Assembly: GCA_951406725.2 (NCBI GenBank)
Contig: OX597828.1
Span: 23,064,001-23,128,000, forward strand
DNA length: 64,000 nt
Direction: 5' to 3'
Source of the DNA: Octopus vulgaris
Taxonomy: Eukaryota
In this document: one piece after another, positions 55,915 through 64,000 of the stretch
How positions within the stretch are numbered: position 1 is the stretch's first letter
How the letters are laid out: each line of letters opens with the position of its first letter
Notes under the pieces: generated by a model
Seen by the model: the letters and a program-made list of their open reading frames with translations, nothing else
Told to the model about the DNA's origin: nothing
The model's database searches: none
Translations under genes and position numbers: made by a program

Positions 55915-56355
55915 TACATGCATTTCTTTCGCCCATTATTCCTGCAGAGAGCTGAAATGGGTGTAGAGTCCCCAAGCACTTCATTCTTAGGTTCGTAGAA
56001 GCAGCCGTCATTAGATTTCCTGGCGGGATCTAATTCAAACTACAAATATTATCCAAACATCTCGTTCTTGGACTACCTCCGTCTCCTGTCTATTAACTGG
56101 GTTTCAAGGATGTATTTTGTGATGCTTTTCTGCTATATTCTAGTCCCATGTTTATAGAATAGGTTTCGTCCTAGATTTACACAAAATTGTCTAACAAGGA
56201 ATTAATGCGTATAAAGAACACAAATCTACATTAAAACCTAGCAGCCTTAAAACCTATAGGTTTCCTCCTAGATTTACACAAAATTGTCTAACAAGGAATT
56301 AAAGCGTATAAAGAACACAAATCTACATTAAAACCTAGCAGCCTTAAAACCTATA
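55915..56355 (-). mobile_element. RTE-clade LINE 3' end with a 97-bp tandem duplication
   Basis: Minus strand GSPRTRCLDNICSLN*IPPGNLMTAAS resembles RTE GRPRTRWxDxI...GIPPxxL. 56159-56255 is duplicated at 56256-56352 with 2 mismatches. Confidence 0.7.
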
Positions 56356-56681
56356 TGTGATATTACTGTTACAAAGTTATAGTCTTGGAGAATATCGTAC
56401 GTAGTGGAGTAAAATCATTTTTTGCCCGACATACCTTTATATTTTCAATATATTTCATCATTTTATTATTATTTTATTACTATTGCTTTTTATGCTTTTG
56501 AAATTGTTTACAATCGATCTTTACTACTAAACTATGAAGCATTGATATTTCTTTAATATTATAACTAATTCTTTGCAATGAATTGTATAGTTGACTTCTG
56601 TTTCATAGATATGTTTATGTTGCATATAGAGATATATACATTGTTACACACACACACACACACACATACACACGCACACAC

Positions 56682-56726
<45 letters not shown>

Positions 56727-57148
56727 CAGTGTGAGAAAGACAGAGACTAACACAGGGAAGGACAGATATTGCTATTTGCTGAGACATGCACATACACCTA
56801 CAGGCATATAGACTTAAACACATACGTTTATTGCTACCATAACACTTCCATCTACAGAGTATTTTGTGGAAATACACGAATTGTTTATAATGAAGGTTAG
56901 TAAAATCGAATATGACACAACACTAAGTGTTTGTAGATAGAGACGTATGACAGACAATATCAAAGAGATTGAGGTACACAAAACGGTTCTAATGGTTTAT
57001 GGTATGGACAACCAATAAAATGTGCTACAGGTATTAGTGATCTTCCCACGCAGCAGACACATACGTGTATGTGTATATTAGAGCGAGTGCATTCATATAT
57101 GTTTATTATATATATATATATTTGTATATATGCATATATGTCTATGTA

Positions 57149-57208
<60 letters not shown>

Positions 57209-57959
57209 CATACACACAGGCATCTACTGTTTATATATAGACATACCCACACCTGCACAGATATACACTCATACACACACATATACACGTATACATAGTG
57301 GTATATTGCCTTTTATGCATGATGTCCCTTTGTGTGTAATATTAATATGCATATATGTCTCTCTCTCTCTCTCTCTGTATATATACATACATATACATAT
57401 GTGTGTGTGTGTGTGAAATGGACACTCATACACCCACGTAAATTTCCATCTATATATACCCTGGTGTGAATCTATGCGCGTGTGTGAGCGGAATAGAGAG
57501 AGTAATGTACTCGTAAATATGTAAATGCTTTGCATATCTGCACAATGATACAATATTTACTTGATGATAACTATAAAGGAGAATACAGAATGTTTAGTGG
57601 GGTGATACTCAACCCCATCATCGCACACACAAGCATATCCTCCACCCCGAAATGTGTATATTTATACCCAGAGATAGTGACGTATATAACAATGTATATT
57701 TGCATATATACCTAAGGATATAGATACATACGTACATATCTACATTTTGTACATTTCTCTTGAAATAAGGGTAACTGACGCAACGTCTACGATTTCCATA
57801 TAATCCAACGATATAAAGTAATTTTTTCTTGCTGGGAAATTCTTGCGATTCTTGAAGAGTGGAATTGGCCCTGTGCGTTGCTATTCCTAACTGTAAAAAT
57901 CTCTGGTCATATGCCTGGAGATTTTCATTGATTGATTTCTAGAATCTCTCCTAAGTTAT

Positions 57960-58709
57960 TATGTCTTCTTGTAGCCGAGAAAGTGAAAACGTCAAATGAA
58001 GAATTTTTTTGATATAATGAAAGTAAGAGAAAGAGGAGTAGGAAGGTCTATGAATATCTTCTGCAGGAGGGACCAATTGGTACCACTTCTCAGCCAAAGT
58101 GTGTAGGTCTCTGGCGTAACTGAAAAAAAACTGTCTGTGCTGCGTATTTTTCAGAGAATAACCGCATGTCGTCATTGCTCCGTATCGAGTTACGGCTGCA
58201 AAATTATGCATGAACAAATGTGAAGTTTTAATAATAATTTGTAGAAATATGAAGATCAAAAACGTCCTCCACCACCAAATATTCGGCAACATATACTGGC
58301 GCATGCTATATACACAATAGCATTACAAATATCATAGTATTTGATAAACACTTTAAAAAGTTACTTTTCCTAATGATGTCCTATGCGATACCAATATTGT
58401 AATACTAGAATACCTCAAAGCCTCAGCATGGACGTGGAACACTCTACAGTACGAGGAGTGAGTATTTGGAGTGAGTATATGCATGTGAGTATTTGGTGTA
58501 AAAATTCCGGAAAATGAAAACATGATATGTGCTGTTGCCCCCATTGGACTCGCAAATATTACGCCCCGCCATGTCTCGAAATTAATGCTGTTACAATCAA
58601 AGAACAAGAAATGGCTAAAGCATATGTGATGAACACGAGAGTAGCTAAAACACCTATAAACCTTAACACACAATATTGTCTATATCAGACGACTCACTGT
58701 CAGCTATTG
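57960..58709 (+). mobile_element. Decayed Helitron RepHel fragment (linker and start of the PIF1 helicase)
   Basis: In Helitron order: GVGR, YLLQEGPIGTTS, FRE, CEV, L*KYED, NVLHH, a decayed Walker A YLKASAWTWNT (58411-58443; cf. FLDAPGGTGKT), and motif Ia ICAVAPIGLA (58525-58554). Confidence 0.6.
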
Positions 58710-58877
58710 ATATTATCCAGACATCTCGTTCTTGGACTACGTTGGTCTCCAGTCTGTTAGCTGGGTTTCAAAGGTGTATTTTGTGATGCTTTTCTGCTAT
58801 ATTCTAGTCCCATGTTTATAGAATAGGTTTTCTCCTAGATGAGACAAAATTGTCAAACAAGGAATTAAAGCGTATAA
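58710..58877 (-). mobile_element. Second RTE fragment, paralog of 56046-56214
   Basis: Shares a long identical run TGTATTTTGTGATGCTTTTCTGCTATATTCTAGTCCCATGTTTATAGAATAGGTTT. Confidence 0.85.
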
Positions 58878-59367
58878 TGTATGTATGTGTGTGTGTAACA
58901 ATGTACACGTCTTATCAGTAGATAGCGAAGGACGTCATCACAATACTGTCTACGAATGCTGCATGGCGTTCTTGGTAACGTAAAATATACGTAAAAACAT
59001 TTGTGGAAGGAAAAGTGTTCTATGATTATTGCACACGTATAATATATTAGGAGTACGGATAGATCATTTCATCAGAATTTTTCCAAGTGTAAAACACACA
59101 CAAGAGCATGTGTGTGTATGCGTGTGTGCATGTGTTTGTGCGTGTGTGGGTGTGTGTGTGTGCATGTGTGTGTGTGTGTGTGTGTATTTCTGTGTAGTGG
59201 CATCTACAAGAACGTGGCAAACCAGTCGCGTAACCTCGTGTATATGGAATTTAGGCAAGGTGCGCACGATGAGGAGGTGCATCAAAGAATTTTGTAATTA
59301 TACTAACGTATTCCCCCAATTCTTGACGCATATATTATATAGAGAGAGAAAGCGAGAGAGAGAGATA

Positions 59368-59516
<149 letters not shown>

Positions 59517-59747
59517 ACGGGAAGCTTTATGAAAATAAACAAAAGACGAAGGCAGGTGGAAAACAAACGAACAATTGTATTAGTATGGCGCTCAGGAAAT
59601 ATAAATAAAACAAGTCTTTAACGTTTCGAGCCTACGCTCTTCAACAGAAAGATACACAGAGAGAGAAAAAACACAGAAAGAAGGAGAGAAAAAAATGCGT
59701 GCAGTAGCTAACGAATCAACATGGCGATCTGGCGATCATGGCAACAT

Positions 59748-59750
<3 letters not shown>
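59517..59750 (-). mobile_element. Family H2 Penelope-derived element with a minimal hammerhead-like motif, inside (TA)n
   Basis: Minus strand of 59615-59652 reads TCTTT-CTGTTGA-A-GAGC-GTAG-GCTC-GAA-ACGT-T-AAAGA. Confidence 0.78.
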
Positions 59751-59800
<50 letters not shown>

Positions 59801-59872
59801 ATATATATACATATATACATACATGCATATATATATATATATATATATGCATATGTATATGTAGACATATAC

Positions 59873-59927
<55 letters not shown>

Positions 59928-59940
59928 TAAATATATTTGT

Positions 59941-60131
59941 CATACTGAACCGTTATTCCCTACACATTTTTCTCTCCCGGTGTGTTTTTCTATATCTCGT
60001 TCTCTCTGGGGTTTTTTCCCACTCAATCCTTTCTGTTGAAGAGTGTAGGGTTCGATACGTTAAAGAGTTCTCCATTCTTCCCGAGCTTGTTGCTCCTTCA
60101 CCTGTCTTCGTCTTTTCTGTAAATTTGAACT
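59941..60131 (+). mobile_element. Family H2 element in the opposite orientation, motif decayed
   Basis: 60029-60065 reads CTTT-CTGTTGA-A-GAGT-GTAGG-GTTC-GAT-ACGT-T-AAAG. Downstream CACCTGTCTTCGTCTTTT matches the reverse complement of ~59540-59558. Confidence 0.7.
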
Positions 60132-60669
60132 ATATGTGTGTGTGTGTATGTGTGTGAAAATACAGGTAGATAGAAAGGGGGGAGCATATATTTAGACATA
60201 TATAAGTATACATATGTAGATAATTATATATGTATGTATGTGTGTATGTATGTATGTATGTATGTATGTATGTATATACATGTATGTATGTCCGTATGTA
60301 TGTTGTATAAAAGAGACGTTATGGACAGATACAGAGGTCAGGTCAGTTGCCTAGCAGATGTTAAGATATCTCCAAGATTAGTCATAAGGAAAATATTCTT
60401 AATTATCTAAGTCAAAATTACTGCTATTTTTGTCACATTTTCGACAATAATTATTGGTGTAGAAGGATAAATTAGGAAACTGTTAAGTGACAAGCTGAAA
60501 AAAGCTAAAACATACAAGTAATCTTTAAATGGAAAGTAAAGATGTGCAATATTTTATTAAAGTTCAGCATATAATATCTCTCCCAGCTGTTTGCGAAATT
60601 CTGTTTGATATTAGTTCATTTTTGTAGAATTTATTCAAGTCTGTCATAAATGTCAGGGACCCGCATATA

Positions 60670-60995
60670 CAACTGGTACTTCGTCGGTAACAACTTCGTG
60701 GGTTCCAGTTGATCCGACCAACAGAACAACCTACTCGCGATATTAACCTGCAAGTGGTTCCGAACTCCAAAGGCACGTGCATCCCCTAACGTGGGTCTCA
60801 GAGAGATTCAACGACACAGAATGTAACAAGGCCGACCCTTTGAATTACAGGTACAACTCATTTTTGCTAGGCTAGTGGACTGAAGCAGCTTGAAATAAAA
60901 AGTATTGCTCAAGGAAAAAAACCTGCGCCCGGATATCGAACTCATGAACTTACCACTGTTAGCCGAATACCGTAATCACTGAGCCGAGCGGCTTT
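60670..60995 (-). mobile_element. tRNA-derived SINE combining a family C-like head/core with a family D-like tail
   Basis: Minus strand GGCTCAGTGATTA...GAGTTCGATATCC...CCTTGAGCAA, then TCAAAGGGTCGGCCTTGTTACA...CCACTTGCAGGTTAAT...AACTGGAACCC. Confidence 0.78.
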
Positions 60996-61062
60996 ACATC
61001 ACGTATATATACATACAAACAGCGTGTGTATACACAAATGCATTTACGCATATAGACATATA

Positions 61063-61450
<388 letters not shown>

Positions 61451-61518
61451 TATAGATCGATCGATAGATAGATAGATAGATAGATAGATAGAGAGAGAGA
61501 GTGAGAGAGAGAGAGATT

Positions 61519-61581
<63 letters not shown>

Positions 61582-61633
61582 TGATATACTTGCGTGTGAG
61601 AGTAGGCCCTTGTGGTTGCACTTGCAGGTTATA

Positions 61634-61850
61634 CATCGCCGATGGGTGAAAAGTTTCTATCTTTCAGAGTATCGGGGAAGGCCTGAATGGGGGCCCAATA
61701 TTCAGAAATTCGTTACTGGGCTTAGAAAAACTGAAGAAGCATTACAAGTGTGTAAGTCTGAAAGGTGAATATGCTGAATAAAATCATAATTAACTGATTC
61801 CCCCTGCGTATTACTTTACCCAAAGGCAGGCACTTTTCAGCTCATCCTAT
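61634..61850 (+). mobile_element. Second, more decayed copy of the mariner-derived MITE
   Basis: AAGTGTGTAAGTCTGAAAGGTGAATATGCTGAATAAAATCATAATTAA aligns with ~61177-61227. Confidence 0.65.
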
Positions 61851-62430
61851 AATATTTGCTTGCTTACGGCAGCCCATCAAATGTGATGACATTGTCGATC
61901 GAAGACATTTATCCTCATGTGAATTCAACACGTTCTTGTACATATACATACAATCGTATATATCGACATGAACCTAGAAATACAAACATACATGCATACA
62001 AACATATATAGAAAATGACGTACATAGATGCATTCCTTCCTACGACGATCTAACCACATATCTGTCGAAACTGAATTACTAGAGGACGGAAGCAATTATA
62101 CGGATTAGCTCATTACTTAATTTCCCTAATTAACGTTCCATTAACTGCAGGATGCCAGTTTCTGTTACAAATCATGAAGATCTTACCAAAATCCTCAAGA
62201 ATATTGCCAAAAATAACATACTTCCTATCAAAATACAAACCAATCCGGATACAAACATGTAACAAGAATTTACTGAGGCAAGATGCAACACAGACAAAAT
62301 ACTGAAAAGAAGCAGGAAGTGGGGGGAGATGCAGGTGGGACAGAAATTTGAAAAGATAGACAGAGTGAAGTAGAGATAGACAAGGGGGAGATTACTGGAT
62401 TACAAGACATCGTCTAAGATATATAGACAT

Positions 62431-62473
<43 letters not shown>

Positions 62474-63611
62474 CATATATATATACATATATATATATAT
62501 ACATGTATATATATATATATATATATAGAAATATATATATATATACATGTATATATACATATATATATATAAATATATATACATATATATATATATGTGT
62601 GTGTGTGTTTGTGTGTATGTGTGTATGTCAGTATGCATGTATATATATATATATATGTAAGTGTATATGTATATATGCGGACATAGATAAATATATATGC
62701 GTGAGGGATGGAGTGAGCGTGTGTACGCGAAACTAAATTTTAATTTACTAGTTAGTCTTTGTAAAAAGGCACAAACAACTACACAAACACGCGCACACAC
62801 ATACACACACACGTACACGAATACAACCGTACACACACAGACGATACATACACACGTGCATATGGTGATTTGTTAGTTTTAATAGCATCATAATTATCTC
62901 TGTTAATTTGGATTCTTTGTCATCCTTCATCCCATAATGCTTAATTGTAGCAACACATGTTATCAACGAATTCTCAGTGCTGCAAAAGTCTTTCTTAGTG
63001 AAAGAGATAGAGAGTTTATGCTGTTAGTGTTGTTGTTGTTGTTGTTTTTGTGCGCAACATTCAGCTGAGATCTAGCATCAGAATTACCCACTCCTTTTCC
63101 GCTCTCCTGTGTATATATATATTATCAGCATTTTTTCACACACAAATATTATTGAAAGACGTCAGTGAATGAATGAATGAAATGATTGAAGAAATGTAAG
63201 AAGGAGAAGAAAAAGAAGAAGAAGAAGACGAAGAAGAGGGAAATTAAAATTCAGTCAAAAAGCGAGAAAAGTAATTATCAAAAAGAAACAAACACAATTG
63301 GTGAACGATATTTTCAAAAGCAATTTTAATAACGCTAATACCGTTAATGGGAAATCATTGTTTCCAAACAACTTTTAATTACGGTTATACGTGTGTATAC
63401 ATACATCACGCATACAAACATACATACAAAATATACATACATAAATCATACATACAGACAAAAAAACACACACATACAAACATGCATACATACATATTTA
63501 TAACTGTATATATGAATGTATGTATGTACGTATGCCTAAATATCTAATGATGTGTTGGGTACAATTATATATACGACAATATATAAATGTATATATATAT
63601 ATATATACACA

Positions 63612-63664
<53 letters not shown>

Positions 63665-63678
63665 GATACACATACACT

Positions 63679-63740
<62 letters not shown>

Positions 63741-64000
63741 CATATATATATAATATATATATTAGTTTAGTATATTATATTATATGAGTGCTGTGTTTTA
63801 TATTGGTGTGTGTTTTGTATTGATTTAGTGACAGAACAAAACTTTTCTTTGTGAGTCACTCTTGTTGTGTGCCTTTTCAATGAATTATCTGCAAGACGAG
63901 CAGTAATTTTACATCTGACCTAAGACAGTAGCTAATTAGTTTTGGGCTAAGTTTGTCTTTTTTTTCTTTCTGCTGACTTGTATCTCTTCGCAAAACGTTT

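Noticed and set aside
63850-64000. AP-1-like TGAGTCA and a polypyrimidine tract at the window end
   Set aside because: Short motifs with no downstream context in the window; they cannot support a promoter or splice acceptor.

Overview
AT-rich, microsatellite-saturated eukaryotic DNA that looks intronic or intergenic. The repeat types ((TA)n, (TATC)n, (CA)n, (TAA)n, several tRNA-headed SINE families) resemble those of octopus genomes; the organism call is inference. I found no supportable host protein-coding exon, and almost all ORFs in the track are microsatellite read-throughs. Supported content: about 25 SINE copies or fragments built from shuffled modules; an internally deleted mariner and two mariner-derived MITEs; hAT-like and Merlin-like MITEs, two with TSDs and nested in other repeats; decayed Gypsy pol, Helitron RepHel and RTE-like LINE remnants; three stacked (AAT)n-tailed LINE 3' ends in a TAA tract; and long hairpins. 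The most notable signal is 5-6 short elements, five embedded in (TA)n, each carrying a minimal Penelope-type hammerhead-ribozyme fold with non-canonical cores (CCGACGA or CUGUWGA) and a covarying stem I. Degenerate protein matches were made by eye and need database confirmation; boundaries of decayed repeats are approximate.
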